A DNA stretch of 63,059 nt from Patescibacteria group bacterium UBA1875 (lineage in GTDB: Bacteria; Patescibacteriota; CPR2; UBA1875), in the NCBI GenBank assembly GCA_002338125.1, contig DDHN01000008.1, forward strand, positions 113,094-176,152, given 5' to 3'. The notes below the pieces were generated by a model. It made no database searches. It had not been told where the DNA came from and saw only the letters and a list, made by a program, of their open reading frames with translations. Both the position numbers and the translations under genes were made by a program. Of the stretch, positions 36,006-45,576 are shown piece after piece. Each line of letters begins with the position of its first letter. Position 1 is the first letter of the stretch.

Positions 36006-39000
36006 CAAAGAAGAAAAGACAGCCCAAGATTTTAGTGCGATTAGAATCTCTATCGCATCTCCTGAAGATATCTTGAAATGGTCTCACGGCGAGGTTACTA
36101 AACCGGAAACTATTAACTATCGAACCCTTAAACCGGAAAAAGATGGTTTATTCTGTGAACGAATTTTTGGCCCTGATAAGGATTGGGAGTGTTACTGTGG
36201 TAAATACAAAAAAATTCGTCATAAAGGTGTGATTTGTGATAAGTGTGGGGTAGAAGTCACTAGAAGCGTTGTTCGTAGAGAGAGAATGGGTCACATAGAG
36301 CTAGCAGTCCCAGTTACTCATATTTGGTTTTTAAGGGGCGTTCCTTCGTCTATTGGTCTTGTTTTTGGAATGAGTGTTCGTGATCTTGAAAGGGTTGTCT
36401 ACTTTATATCCTATATCGTTACTGAGGTAGATGAAGAAGCACGATTAGAAATGGCTAAATCACTTGAAAAAGAACTTAAAGAAAAAAAGAAAGAGTATAC
36501 CAAAAATATTGAAGACGAGAAGGAGCTTAAAGAGAAATTAGAAAATCTTGAACAGAGCCTTAAAGATGCTAAAAGCGAATTGGCTGGAATTCAGAAGTAC
36601 ACTATCCTTTCTGAACTTAAATATCGTGAGTACTCGTTAAAGTTCGGTAATGTTTTCAAAGCTGAAATTGGAACCGAAGCTATTTTAGGTCTTCTTAAAG
36701 AGATAGATCTAAAAAAGCTTGAAAAAGATTTAGAGACAGAAGTGGCTGAATCGACTGGACAAAAACGGAAAAAAGCCCTTAAAAGATTAAAAATTATCCA
36801 AGGTCTTTTGTCAGCAAATATTCGTCCGGAATGGATGATTATAAAAAATCTTCCAGTAATTCCTCCTGGTCTTCGACCAATGGTTCAACTGGACGGAGGC
36901 AGATTTGCAACAGCTGACCTAAACGATCTTTATCGAAGAGTTATAAACAGAAACAATCGTTTGAAAAAACTTATTGCTCAGGATGCACCAGAAGTTATTA
37001 TCAGAAATGAAAAGAGAATGCTTCAAGAATCTGTTGATGCCTTGCTTGACAATAACGCTCGTAGGGATAAAGCTGCCGGTGGCCAAAATAGACGTAAGCT
37101 TCGTTCGATTGCTGACATGCTTAAAGGAAAGCAAGGCCGATTTCGTCAAAATCTGTTAGGTAAAAGAGTCGATTATTCTGGTCGTTCTGTAATTGTAGCT
37201 GGCCCGGAACTTTCGATTGACCAATGTGGTTTGCCAAAAATGATGGCTTTAGAATTATTCAAACCATTTGTGATATCGCGGCTTGTTGGTGAGGGGATCG
37301 CTCATAATATCAAAAGCGCTTCTCGAATGATTGAAAGGGGAAGCAGCGAAGTATGGGACGCTCTTGATAATGTTATTGAAAACAAGTATGTGCTTTTGAA
37401 CCGGGCTCCGACGCTTCATCGACTAGGTATTCAAGCCTTTTTACCTGTGCTGATTGAGGGAAAAGCTATTCAGCTACATTCGTTAGTTTGCGAAGCCTAT
37501 AATGCAGACTTTGATGGTGACCAAATGGCAGTTCATGTTCCGTTATCAAGGATGGCACAAGCTGAAGCCGGCCAAATTATGATCTCGAAGCAGAATCTTT
37601 TGAAGCCGGCGGCTGGTGAACCAGTTGTAAAGCCATCACATGAGATGACATTGGGAATTTACTGGATGACCCAAATAGAAGAAGGTGCTAAGGGCGAAGG
37701 TAAAGTTTTCTCTTCGACAGATGAGGCGATTACCTTCTATAATCTTGGCTATATTCATATTAGAGCGAAGATTAAGGTTCGAATAAAGGACGATTTGATA
37801 GAGACGACTGTTGGTAGAATCGTCTTCAACCAGAGATTGCCCGAAGATATGCCTTTTATAAATGAGGTTATTAATAAAAAGACTACGGTTAATATTATTA
37901 AAAATCTCTATGATAATTATGGACCAGAGGTAACGGCTGACTTTCTTGATGGTGTCAAAAATCTTGGCTTTAAGTTCGTAACCCGTTCTGGACTATCGTT
38001 ATCGATGGATGATGCAACGGTCCCTGAAGAAAAACAAAATATTCTTGATGAGGCTGAAAAGAAAATTCTTGAAATTAGAGACCAATATGAACAAGGCTTT
38101 ATAACAGAGGATGAAAAATATACCCTCTCGGTTAAAACCTGGGAAGAAGCAAAAGAGAAAATTCAAAGCGTGATGGAGAATGCTCAGGATTCAAACTCTT
38201 TCCTCACAATTTCGAAAGATTCTGGGGCTAGGGGTGATATTAAGCAAATCAATCAAATCGCTGGCATGAAAGGAAACGTTATTAATGCTGCCGGAAGAAT
38301 TATAGAGTTGCCAATCAAATCAAACTATAAAGAGGGTCTTTCAGCGCTTGAATTCTTTATCTCTACACACGGTACTAGAAAAGGATTTTCTGATACTGCC
38401 CTAAGGACTTCTGATTCAGGTTATTTGACTAGAAGGCTGGTTGATGTTGCTCAGGAAGTGACAGTAACCGAGAAAGATTGTGGTTCTAAAAACGGTCTCT
38501 TGGTTACTAGGGAAGAATCTAGGCGCATCGGAGAAGAATTCTCTCAAAGGCTTATCTCTCGATATACGGCTGAAAAAATTGTCGATGAAAAAACTGGTGA
38601 AATTATTGTCCAGCGAGGGACTTTAATTGATGAAAAAGTTTTCGCCGATATCGACAGTCATAATATAAACGAAGTGAAGATTCGTTCGATTTTGGAATGC
38701 GAAACCCATTGGGGCGTCTGCCAAAAGTGTTACGGTTCTGACCTATCGAACGGCCAACCAGTAGCGATGGGAACAGCAGTAGGTATAATAGCGGCTCAAT
38801 CAATTGGTGAACCAGGAACTCAGTTAACAATGAGAACTGTAAACACAGGTGGTGTTGTTGGGGTGGATATTACCCAAGGGCTTCCTCGAGTTCAAGAGCT
38901 TTTTGAAGCCAGAAAGCCGAAAGGTGAGGCGGTACTAGCAGAGATTGATGGTATCGTAAAAACGGAAAAAGAAGGCAAAATGAAGAAAATTACCATTATT

Positions 39001-39807
39001 TCCGATCTAGTAGAAACCGAAGATTACGATATCAAAGGCTACAAGCCGTCTGTTAAGAATAATGCTTTTGTTGAAGCAAGAGATATTATTGCAGAACGTG
39101 AAGGAAAGCGACCGATTCGAGCTAAGTCAAATGGGATTATTAAAACTCAGGGTAATAAGATGATTCTTACCAAAGAGGCTGATATGAGAGAATACTTGGT
39201 CTCTTCACAGGCAAAAGTTTTAGTACCTGACGGAGAGAAAGTAGCTCGTGGCACTCAGGTTACTGAGGGTTCCTGGAATCTTCATAAGGCACTTGAACTT
39301 TGTGGTGAAGAAGCTGTTCAGCGATATATCACTTTGGAAATTCAGAAAATTTATGCTAATCAGGGTCAAACAATTGATGATAAGCATATTGAAATAATCA
39401 TTCGTCAGATGTTTTCAAGGGCTCGAATCGATGACCCGGGAGATACAAAGTTTATAACAGGTGATATTGTATCTCGAAGAAGTCTGCTTGACGAGAACAC
39501 TAGGGTTAAAAAGGTAGGTAAAAAACCAGCAAACTTTGAAAATTTGTTGCTTTCTATCTCTAAGGTATCTCATTCTTCGGATTCTTGGCTTTCAGCTGCT
39601 TCGTTTCAGGAGACAAATCGAGTCTTGATCGCTGCTGCCATTGAAGGGAAGGTTGATTATCTAAAAGGTCTTAAAGAAAACGTAATCATTGGTAAACTTA
39701 TCCCGGTTGGTACCGGTTATGATTCTAGTATCGTAACTCCAGGTCCGATTGAAAAAAGAAATGATAATGTCGATACTACTGACCAAAAGGATCCCGAGGA
39801 AGAATAA
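35995..39807 (+). CDS. rpoC: DNA-directed RNA polymerase beta' subunit
   Basis: ATG 35995 lies 6 nt after the AAGGAGG SD and overlaps the rpoB end. It contains the NADFDGDQM catalytic motif and an N-terminal zinc-binding Cys cluster. Confidence 0.95.
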   Translation: MPNNKEEKTAQDFSAIRISIASPEDILKWSHGEVTKPETINYRTLKPEKDGLFCERIFGPDKDWECYCGKYKKIRHKGVICDKCGVEVTRSVVRRERMGHIELAVPVTHIWFLRGVPSSIGLVFGMSVRDLERVVYFISYIVTEVDEEARLEMAKSLEKELKEKKKEYTKNIEDEKELKEKLENLEQSLKDAKSELAGIQKYTILSELKYREYSLKFGNVFKAEIGTEAILGLLKEIDLKKLEKDLETEVAESTGQKRKKALKRLKIIQGLLSANIRPEWMIIKNLPVIPPGLRPMVQLDGGRFATADLNDLYRRVINRNNRLKKLIAQDAPEVIIRNEKRMLQESVDALLDNNARRDKAAGGQNRRKLRSIADMLKGKQGRFRQNLLGKRVDYSGRSVIVAGPELSIDQCGLPKMMALELFKPFVISRLVGEGIAHNIKSASRMIERGSSEVWDALDNVIENKYVLLNRAPTLHRLGIQAFLPVLIEGKAIQLHSLVCEAYNADFDGDQMAVHVPLSRMAQAEAGQIMISKQNLLKPAAGEPVVKPSHEMTLGIYWMTQIEEGAKGEGKVFSSTDEAITFYNLGYIHIRAKIKVRIKDDLIETTVGRIVFNQRLPEDMPFINEVINKKTTVNIIKNLYDNYGPEVTADFLDGVKNLGFKFVTRSGLSLSMDDATVPEEKQNILDEAEKKILEIRDQYEQGFITEDEKYTLSVKTWEEAKEKIQSVMENAQDSNSFLTISKDSGARGDIKQINQIAGMKGNVINAAGRIIELPIKSNYKEGLSALEFFISTHGTRKGFSDTALRTSDSGYLTRRLVDVAQEVTVTEKDCGSKNGLLVTREESRRIGEEFSQRLISRYTAEKIVDEKTGEIIVQRGTLIDEKVFADIDSHNINEVKIRSILECETHWGVCQKCYGSDLSNGQPVAMGTAVGIIAAQSIGEPGTQLTMRTVNTGGVVGVDITQGLPRVQELFEARKPKGEAVLAEIDGIVKTEKEGKMKKITIISDLVETEDYDIKGYKPSVKNNAFVEARDIIAEREGKRPIRAKSNGIIKTQGNKMILTKEADMREYLVSSQAKVLVPDGEKVARGTQVTEGSWNLHKALELCGEEAVQRYITLEIQKIYANQGQTIDDKHIEIIIRQMFSRARIDDPGDTKFITGDIVSRRSLLDENTRVKKVGKKPANFENLLLSISKVSHSSDSWLSAASFQETNRVLIAAAIEGKVDYLKGLKENVIIGKLIPVGTGYDSSIVTPGPIEKRNDNVDTTDQKDPEEE

Positions 39808-39877
39808 ATAATATTGAAAAAACCTTAAAACGTGATAAAATCGTACGAGTCATAGTGACGCAATATAAAGGAAAATA

Positions 39878-40285
39878 ATGCCAACAGTAAATCAATTAGT
39901 AAGAAAAGGACGAAAGTCAAAAACCAAGAAATCAAAATCACCGGCTCTTGGTCGGAACTTTAATACTTTGAAAAACAGAGGTCGGCCGGGTAACTCACCT
40001 TTTAAAAGAGGCGTTTGTGTAAAGGTGTCGACGGCTACTCCTAAAAAGCCGAACTCTGCACTTCGGAAAATCGCTCGTGTCCGCCTTACTAACGGTATGG
40101 AAGTAACGGCATATATCCCGGGAATAGGTCATAACCTACAAGAGCACAGCGTAGTTATGATTAGGGGAGGGAGGGTAAAAGACCTACCTGGTGTTAGGTA
40201 CCATATTGTTAGAGGAGCTTTGGATACCAGTGGCGTATCTGATAGAAAGAAAGGTCGTAGTAAATATGGGGCAAAGAAGGCATAA
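39878..40285 (+). CDS. rpsL: Ribosomal protein S12
   Basis: MPTVNQL...[10 protein letters not shown] signature. First gene of the str operon. Confidence 0.95.
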   Translation: MPTVNQLVRKGRKSKTKKSKSPALGRNFNTLKNRGRPGNSPFKRGVCVKVSTATPKKPNSALRKIARVRLTNGMEVTAYIPGIGHNLQEHSVVMIRGGRVKDLPGVRYHIVRGALDTSGVSDRKKGRSKYGAKKA

Positions 40286-40761
40286 TGGCTAGAGATCCAA
40301 GAAGAACAACCAAGAGAATTCCAGCCCCCGATAAACGCTACAACAATGTTTTGGTAGCTAAGTTTATCAACAAAGTAATGCTAGACGGAAAAAAATCATT
40401 AGCCGAAAACGTTTTTTATCGAGCTATGGATATTGTAGCTGAAAAAACCAAAAAAGACCCTTTGCAAATTTTTGAAGCCGCCTTAAAAAACGCCAGTCCA
40501 TTTGTCCAGACTCGTTCAAAAAGAGTCGGAGGCTCTAATTATCAAATACCAGTCGAAGTAAAGGGCGATCGTAAAAATCATTACGGAATTATTTGGCTAA
40601 GAGATGCTGCCAGAGCAAGAAAGGGAGCTTCTTTCGAAGAGCGCCTAGCAGCTGAGCTAATTGATGCAGCTGAGGGTAACGGCGCAGCTGTTAAGAAAAA
40701 AGAAGATACTCATAAGATGGCTGAGGCCAACAAGGCTTTTGCCCATTTTGCGAGATTTTGA
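40285..40761 (+). CDS. rpsG: Ribosomal protein S7
   Basis: Conserved S7 sequence (YQIPVEV...). The start overlaps the rpsL stop. Confidence 0.95.
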   Translation: MARDPRRTTKRIPAPDKRYNNVLVAKFINKVMLDGKKSLAENVFYRAMDIVAEKTKKDPLQIFEAALKNASPFVQTRSKRVGGSNYQIPVEVKGDRKNHYGIIWLRDAARARKGASFEERLAAELIDAAEGNGAAVKKKEDTHKMAEANKAFAHFARF

Positions 40762-40780
40762 TTAAAGCACAAGGGAGAAA

Positions 40781-42871
40781 ATGGCTAGAGATTATAGTTT
40801 GGAAAAAACAAGGAATATTGGCATAATTGCGCATATAGATGCTGGTAAAACAACCGTGACCGAAGGAATTTTGTATCTAACTGGTAGGACTCATAAAATT
40901 GGAGAAGTCCATGAAGGTGAGGCTACAATGGACTGGATGGAACAAGAGCGGGAGCGGGGAATCACCATTACTTCGGCTGCGACAACTTGTTTTTGGCAAG
41001 ACAATCGAATAAATATTATCGACACCCCTGGGCACGTAGATTTTACTGTTGAGGTTGAACGGTCTCTTAGAGTTCTTGACGGAGCTGTTACTATTTTTGA
41101 TGGAAAAATGGGAGTTGAGCCTCAGTCAGAAACTGTTTGGCGTCAGGCCGATAAGTATCATGTCCCTAGAATGTGTTTTATTAACAAAATCAATCAAACT
41201 GGTGGCGATTTCTATAAATCTCTAGACTCAATAAAAGAGCGATTGTCAAAAAACGCCTACCCAATTCAAGTACCAATTGGTGTGGAGCAAAGCATTAACG
41301 GTGTTGTCGATTTGGTGGAATTGAAATCATATACATATAATGAATATCATGACAAAAAACTAGTTGTAGGCGATGTCCCTGAGGATATGAAGGAAAAATG
41401 CGAAAAACTTCGAGAAGAACTTTTAGAGAAAGCGGTAGAAGCAGATGAATCTTTGATGGAAAAATATCTTGGAGGTGAAGATTTAACTATTGAAGAATTC
41501 AAGACTGCTATAAGGAAGAGTGTTCTTGCTGGTGACTTTTTCCCGGTTCTTGGTGGAGATGGACGAGGGGTGATTGTCGAAACTCTCCTTGATGCTATTG
41601 TCGATTACCTACCAACTCCACTTGATGTCCCTCCTGTGACTGGTCTTGACCCTAAAACTGGCGAAGAGATAGTAAGAAAGGCTAGTGACGAAGAACCTTT
41701 CGCTGCATTAGCATTTAAGATAGCTACAGACCCGTTCGTTGGAAAGTTAGCATTTTTTAGGGTCTACTCTGGTGTAATTAAAGCCGGCTCTTATGTATAT
41801 AACTCTACTACGGGTGATAAAGAACGTTTAGGCCGAATAGTTAGGCTTCACGCTAATCATCGTGAAGATGTAGACGAAGTTTATGCCGGAGAAATTGCTG
41901 CTGCTGTTGGCTTGAAGGGAACAACAACAGGTGATACTTTGTGTGACCCATCTAATCCAATTGTTTTAGAGGCAATTACTTTTCCTGACCCAGTTATAAC
42001 TATTGCCATTGAGCCAAAGACAAAAGCAGACCAGGAAAAGATGGGTATTGCTTTGGCTAAACTAGCCGAAGAAGATCCGACCTTTGTAGTAAAATCAGAT
42101 GAAGAAACAGGGCAGACCGTAATTTCTGGTATGGGTGAGCTTCATCTAGAAATTATCGTCGATAGAATGAAGCGAGAATTTAAGGTAGAAGCCAATATCG
42201 GTAAACCGCAAGTTGCCTACAAAGAAACGATTAAAGAAAAAGCCCAGGCTGAAGGTAAATATATTAAACAGTCCGGAGGAAGAGGTCAGTATGGACATGT
42301 TTGGCTTGAGCTTGAGCCACTAGAAGCTGGTTCTGGTTTTGAGTTTGTTGATAAGATTGTTGGTGGTGCTGTTCCGAAAGAATTCATAGGGCCAACCCAA
42401 CAAGGTATTGTTGAGGCAATGGCCAATGGTGTAATTGCCGGATATCCGGTAGTTGATGTTCGAGCAACTTTGTATGATGGCTCTTTTCACGATGTTGACT
42501 CATCAGAAATGGCCTTTAAGATTGCCGGGAGCATGGCATTTCAGTCAGGTTTCAAAAAAGCAAAACCGATTATTCTTGAACCTGTTATGAAGGTCGAAGT
42601 ACTTACGCCCGAAGAGTTTATGGGTGATGTTATGGGAGATTTGAATTCAAAGAGGGGTAAGATTCAAAATATGGAAGATAGAGCCCAAACAAAAGTAATT
42701 GATGCGATGGTACCTTTATCGGAAATGTTTGGTTATGCTACTCAGCTACGCTCTATAACTCAGGGTCGAGCCTCATATGTTATGGAATTTGATCATTATG
42801 AAGAGGTTCCTGGTAATATAGCGGAAGAGATAAAAGCGGCTCGGGGAACAAAAGAAGCAACCGAAGAATAG
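40781..42871 (+). CDS. fusA: Elongation factor G
   Basis: G motifs AHIDAGKTT and DTPGH. 696 aa. Confidence 0.95.
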   Translation: MARDYSLEKTRNIGIIAHIDAGKTTVTEGILYLTGRTHKIGEVHEGEATMDWMEQERERGITITSAATTCFWQDNRINIIDTPGHVDFTVEVERSLRVLDGAVTIFDGKMGVEPQSETVWRQADKYHVPRMCFINKINQTGGDFYKSLDSIKERLSKNAYPIQVPIGVEQSINGVVDLVELKSYTYNEYHDKKLVVGDVPEDMKEKCEKLREELLEKAVEADESLMEKYLGGEDLTIEEFKTAIRKSVLAGDFFPVLGGDGRGVIVETLLDAIVDYLPTPLDVPPVTGLDPKTGEEIVRKASDEEPFAALAFKIATDPFVGKLAFFRVYSGVIKAGSYVYNSTTGDKERLGRIVRLHANHREDVDEVYAGEIAAAVGLKGTTTGDTLCDPSNPIVLEAITFPDPVITIAIEPKTKADQEKMGIALAKLAEEDPTFVVKSDEETGQTVISGMGELHLEIIVDRMKREFKVEANIGKPQVAYKETIKEKAQAEGKYIKQSGGRGQYGHVWLELEPLEAGSGFEFVDKIVGGAVPKEFIGPTQQGIVEAMANGVIAGYPVVDVRATLYDGSFHDVDSSEMAFKIAGSMAFQSGFKKAKPIILEPVMKVEVLTPEEFMGDVMGDLNSKRGKIQNMEDRAQTKVIDAMVPLSEMFGYATQLRSITQGRASYVMEFDHYEEVPGNIAEEIKAARGTKEATEE

Positions 42872-42875
42872 AATA

Positions 42876-42908
42876 AATAATGAGGCCAAGTCAGGCCTCA
42901 TTATTTTA
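42876..42908 (+). terminator. Terminator after fusA
   Basis: 12-bp stem AATAATGAGGCC/GGCCTCATTATT with a 6-nt loop, followed by TTT. Confidence 0.7.
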
Positions 42909-42933
42909 CGAAGCTGTTAATTTAGGCTATAAT
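42905..42933 (+). promoter_or_regulatory. Sigma70-type promoter of island 3
   Basis: TTTACG, a 17-nt spacer, then TATAAT (42928-42933). Confidence 0.5.
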
Positions 42934-42976
42934 ATTGATAACGTTAATACGAGAAACTTGAAGGCAGGTGAGGAAG

Positions 42977-43129
42977 ATGCTTTCGAGAACAAGAGAAAGA
43001 GTAGCAAACATTATCGCATGCTCTTTGCTCTCGCTCTTTTTCCTCATCCTTAAACAATTAGTTCTGTCAGCTGTTACCGGCTTGATTGTCTTTTGTGATA
43101 GCTTTTCAAAGCCAACGTGGAAGGAGTGA
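42977..43129 (+). CDS. Island 3 ORF-a: 50-aa hydrophobic peptide (absent from the ORF track)
   Basis: GGTGAGGAAG SD. MLSRTRERVANIIACSLLSLFFLILKQLVLSAVTGLIVFCDSFSKPTWKE, with 1-2 TM segments. Confidence 0.5.
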   Translation: MLSRTRERVANIIACSLLSLFFLILKQLVLSAVTGLIVFCDSFSKPTWKE

Positions 43130-43131
43130 TT

Positions 43132-43278
43132 ATGGGTCTCCAAATGCTTGGTATTATTCTAATGATTGTCTTTATGGCTATCGTGGGTGGTTTGTTGACA
43201 AGAGTCTACGTCAAACGCCTTGATGAACAGGCCGCAATGTACCTCGATCATGAGGACCAGATCATCTCTGAGCTTTGA
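43132..43278 (+). CDS. Island 3 ORF-b: 48-aa single-TM peptide (absent from the ORF track)
   Basis: The AAGGAG SD overlaps the ORF-a stop and the ATG lies 2 nt after that stop. MGLQMLGIILMIVFMAIVGGLL is followed by an acidic tail. Confidence 0.5.
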   Translation: MGLQMLGIILMIVFMAIVGGLLTRVYVKRLDEQAAMYLDHEDQIISEL

Positions 43279-43290
43279 GGGGGGAGTGTG

Positions 43291-43611
43291 ATGACCAGAA
43301 AGAAAGCTGACAGGCTGTGCGCTAAAGGCTTGGCAGCTGACCCAGACTATTGCTTGTATGATGAAGGAAGTGTCTGCCCGTGTGAACGGTACTACCAGAA
43401 ACTGACAAGGCCTTCGCTTGGTCGATTACTTCTTTCAACTATTACGTTGCAAAAGGATGAAACCGCGTCGTGTGTTGGTTGTTTGACGGAATCTCAGACA
43501 GCGTGTCCGTCATGTGTCAACAGTTCGGCTCACGAACGGTTGCTGGCAGCCTGTCCCCCGATCCGAGGAGGTTCTGCCGATGAAGGAATTCATTGCTTCG
43601 GGTGGCGGTAG
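43291..43611 (+). CDS. Island 3 ORF-c: 106-aa Cys-rich protein
   Basis: A GAGGGGGGAG SD precedes ATG 43291 (a GTG lies at 43288). It has 10 Cys, including VCPC, CVGC and CPSC. Confidence 0.6.
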   Translation: MTRKKADRLCAKGLAADPDYCLYDEGSVCPCERYYQKLTRPSLGRLLLSTITLQKDETASCVGCLTESQTACPSCVNSSAHERLLAACPPIRGGSADEGIHCFGWR

Positions 43612-43693
43612 CTACCTTCTTGTTGGTATCACGGTCCTTGTTTGTCTGACTGGTGGGGCGATTCATTACAATCGAATTCGTCCTCGGCGCTAA
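43580..43693 (+). CDS. Island 3 ORF-d: 37-aa single-TM peptide (absent from the ORF track)
   Basis: GAGGAGG SD at 43565-43571. It overlaps the ORF-c end by 32 nt. MKEFIASGGGSYLLVGITVLVCLTGGAIHYNRIRPRR. Confidence 0.45.
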   Translation: MKEFIASGGGSYLLVGITVLVCLTGGAIHYNRIRPRR

Positions 43694-43734
43694 TTGTCAA
43701 AGGAGGAGAGAGTGGCCTGTGTAGCACCTTAGTT

Positions 43735-43776
43735 GGCCCCGGTTACAATATTGTAATCCGGGGCCTTCTTTATATT
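43735..43776 (+). terminator. Island 3 rho-independent terminator
   Basis: GGCCCCGG-TTACAA..TTGTAA-(T)-CCGGGGCC extended hairpin followed by TTCTTTATATT. Confidence 0.75.
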
Positions 43777-43786
43777 CAAAAAACCC

Positions 43787-43815
43787 TTGCATATTTAAAA
43801 ATTATTAGGTAGAAT
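43787..43815 (+). promoter_or_regulatory. tuf promoter
   Basis: TTGCAT, a 17-nt spacer, then TAGAAT, followed by a leader of about 100 nt with an AAAGGAGGA SD. Confidence 0.5.
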
Positions 43816-43916
43816 ACGTCATGTAACTCAAATAAATGAGTCAAAGCCACTTTTGTGGATAAGTTTTATTGTCTAAATGCGGGAAAATTACAATTACCTT
43901 AAAAGGAGGATTACAG

Positions 43917-45095
43917 ATGACACAATTTGATCGTTCCAAACCGCACGTTAACGTTGGTACAATCGGCCACGTTGACCATGGTAAGACTACTCTTACCGCT
44001 GCTATTACCAAAGTCCTTTCAGAAGATGGTAAGGCAGATTTTACAGCTTTTGACCAAATCGACAAGGCACCTGAGGAGAGAGAGCGAGGAATCACAATCG
44101 CTACTGCGCACGTTGAGTATGAATCTGATAAACGTCACTATGCTCATGTCGATTGTCCAGGACACGCAGACTATGTTAAAAACATGATTACTGGAGCAGC
44201 TCAAATGGACGGAGCAATACTAGTGGTTGCTGCTACTGATGGGCCTATGCCCCAGACCAGAGAGCACTTGCTTCTTGCTAAGCAGGTTAACGTTCCAGCT
44301 GTTGTTGTTTTTATGAATAAAGTAGACATGGTTCAAGATGAAGAAATGCTTGACTTGGTAGAGATGGAAATTAGAGAACTTCTTACTAAATATGAATTTG
44401 ATGGCGATAACGCTAAGATAATTCGTGGCTCTGCTCTTAAAGCGCTTGAAGGGGATGACAAGTACAAAGAGAGCATTAAAGAACTTATTACTGCTCTTGA
44501 TGAAGCTATCCCAGAGCCAAAGAGAGATATCGATAAGCCTTTCAAGATGCCAGTTGAAGATGTCTTTTCCATTAAAGGCCGAGGTACGGTAGCTACTGGT
44601 AGAATTGAGCAAGGTGTAATTAAAGTTAACGAAGAAGTAGAGATTGTTGGTATTAAAGATACTCGAAAGACTGTTGTTACCGGGGTTGAAATGTTTAAAA
44701 AGACTCTTGATCAAGGTCAAGCTGGTGATAATGCCGGATTACTTCTTCGAGGCATCGAAAAAGATGATATTGAACGTGGTATGGTTCTTGCTAAACCTGG
44801 TTCAATCACACCTCATACTGAATTTGAAGCCAAGATATATGTTCTTACCAAAGAAGAAGGCGGACGTCATACCCCATTCTTCAAAGGCTACAAACCTCAA
44901 TTCTATATCGGCACAACCGACGTTACTGGTGAAGTAATATTACCAGAAGGAACTGAAATGGTAATGCCTGGTGATAGTGTGGAAGTAACTGTTAAGCTAC
45001 TTCAACCAATCGCCATGGACGAAGGAACAAGATTTGCCATCCGTGAAGGTGGCCGAACGGTTGGAGCTGGTGCCGTCTCTAAAATCGTCAAATAA
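43917..45095 (+). CDS. tuf: Elongation factor Tu
   Basis: [26 protein letters not shown] and DCPGH. The ATG at 43917 follows the AAAGGAGGA SD. The track ORF starts earlier, at 43869. Confidence 0.95.
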   Translation: MTQFDRSKPHVNVGTIGHVDHGKTTLTAAITKVLSEDGKADFTAFDQIDKAPEERERGITIATAHVEYESDKRHYAHVDCPGHADYVKNMITGAAQMDGAILVVAATDGPMPQTREHLLLAKQVNVPAVVVFMNKVDMVQDEEMLDLVEMEIRELLTKYEFDGDNAKIIRGSALKALEGDDKYKESIKELITALDEAIPEPKRDIDKPFKMPVEDVFSIKGRGTVATGRIEQGVIKVNEEVEIVGIKDTRKTVVTGVEMFKKTLDQGQAGDNAGLLLRGIEKDDIERGMVLAKPGSITPHTEFEAKIYVLTKEEGGRHTPFFKGYKPQFYIGTTDVTGEVILPEGTEMVMPGDSVEVTVKLLQPIAMDEGTRFAIREGGRTVGAGAVSKIVK

Positions 45096-45127
45096 CACCT
45101 AAAATAAAGGAAGAACCTTAAAAAGAA

Positions 45128-45451
45128 ATGTCAGAAGAAAAAGATACAAAACAACGAATCAGAATCAAGCTACGTGCTTACGACCACAAAGTTCTCGATG
45201 AATCTGTTAAGCAGATTATTGATACTGCTAATCGTTCAGGTGCAAAGGTGGCTGGTCCGATCCCGTTACCAACGGATCGTTCTCCAATAACCGTTTTAAA
45301 ATCTACTAATCAACATAAAAATGCTCGTGAGCAATTTGAGATTAGGGTTCATAAACGATTAATAGATATCTTGGAGCCAAATGCTAAGACAGTTGACTCG
45401 CTAATGAACATTTCTCTTCCAGCCGGTGTTGATATCGAGATAAAGATGTAA
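45128..45451 (+). CDS. rpsJ: Ribosomal protein S10
   Basis: Conserved S10 sequence ([14 protein letters not shown]...). Confidence 0.95.
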   Translation: MSEEKDTKQRIRIKLRAYDHKVLDESVKQIIDTANRSGAKVAGPIPLPTDRSPITVLKSTNQHKNAREQFEIRVHKRLIDILEPNAKTVDSLMNISLPAGVDIEIKM

Positions 45452-45458
45452 GATGATC

Positions 45459-45498
45459 GATATATGAAAAAGCCCCTTCGGGGGCTTTTTCATATATC
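45459..45498 (+). terminator. Perfect 18-bp palindromic terminator with a UUCG loop after rpsJ
   Basis: GATATATGAAAAAGCCCC-TTCG-GGGGCTTTTTCATATATC. The A-run and T-run arms make it potentially bidirectional. Confidence 0.8.
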
Positions 45499-45576
45499 CT
45501 TTTTTGTCATATAATATAGTGAGTTTATAATTAAAATTGTCATAATGGGGGGACAATTTACACTGTAAAAGCGAAT

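Larger units (their letters stand above)
42940..43776 (+). other. GC-rich orphan-gene island 3 (four small ORFs) splitting fusA from tuf
   Basis: Hand count 31/60 G+C at 43291-43350. The ORFs are coupled and have strong SDs. It has its own promoter and a GC-stem terminator. Confidence 0.75.

Noticed and set aside
42922-43143. 73-aa minus-strand ORF overlapping island 3 ORF-a and ORF-b
   Set aside because: It has a TTG start and no SD, and it is oriented against the promoter and terminator pair. The plus-strand peptides have strong SDs and clear TM helices.
10956-43800. Classical mobile elements (IS, integrative island, prophage, integron cassette) as the explanation for the three GC-rich islands
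   Set aside because: The islands contain no transposase, integrase, recombinase, terminal inverted repeats, attC-like R''/R' cores or phage structural genes. Only island 1 has a short flanking direct repeat, and that may simply reflect promoter -35 contexts.
10956-43800. Chimeric assembly or contamination as the source of the GC-rich segments
   Set aside because: Each segment sits precisely in an intergenic gap and is framed by AT-rich host-style promoters and by terminators. Flanking genes are intact on both sides. Three independent chimeras with these properties are unlikely, but this still needs read-level confirmation.
44220-44720. 166-aa antisense ORF inside tuf, and similar antisense or alternative-frame ORFs in rpoB, rpoC, the r-protein genes and 54277-54777
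   Set aside because: They lie entirely within highly conserved genes on the opposite strand or in another frame. Their products are low-complexity and they have no initiation signals.
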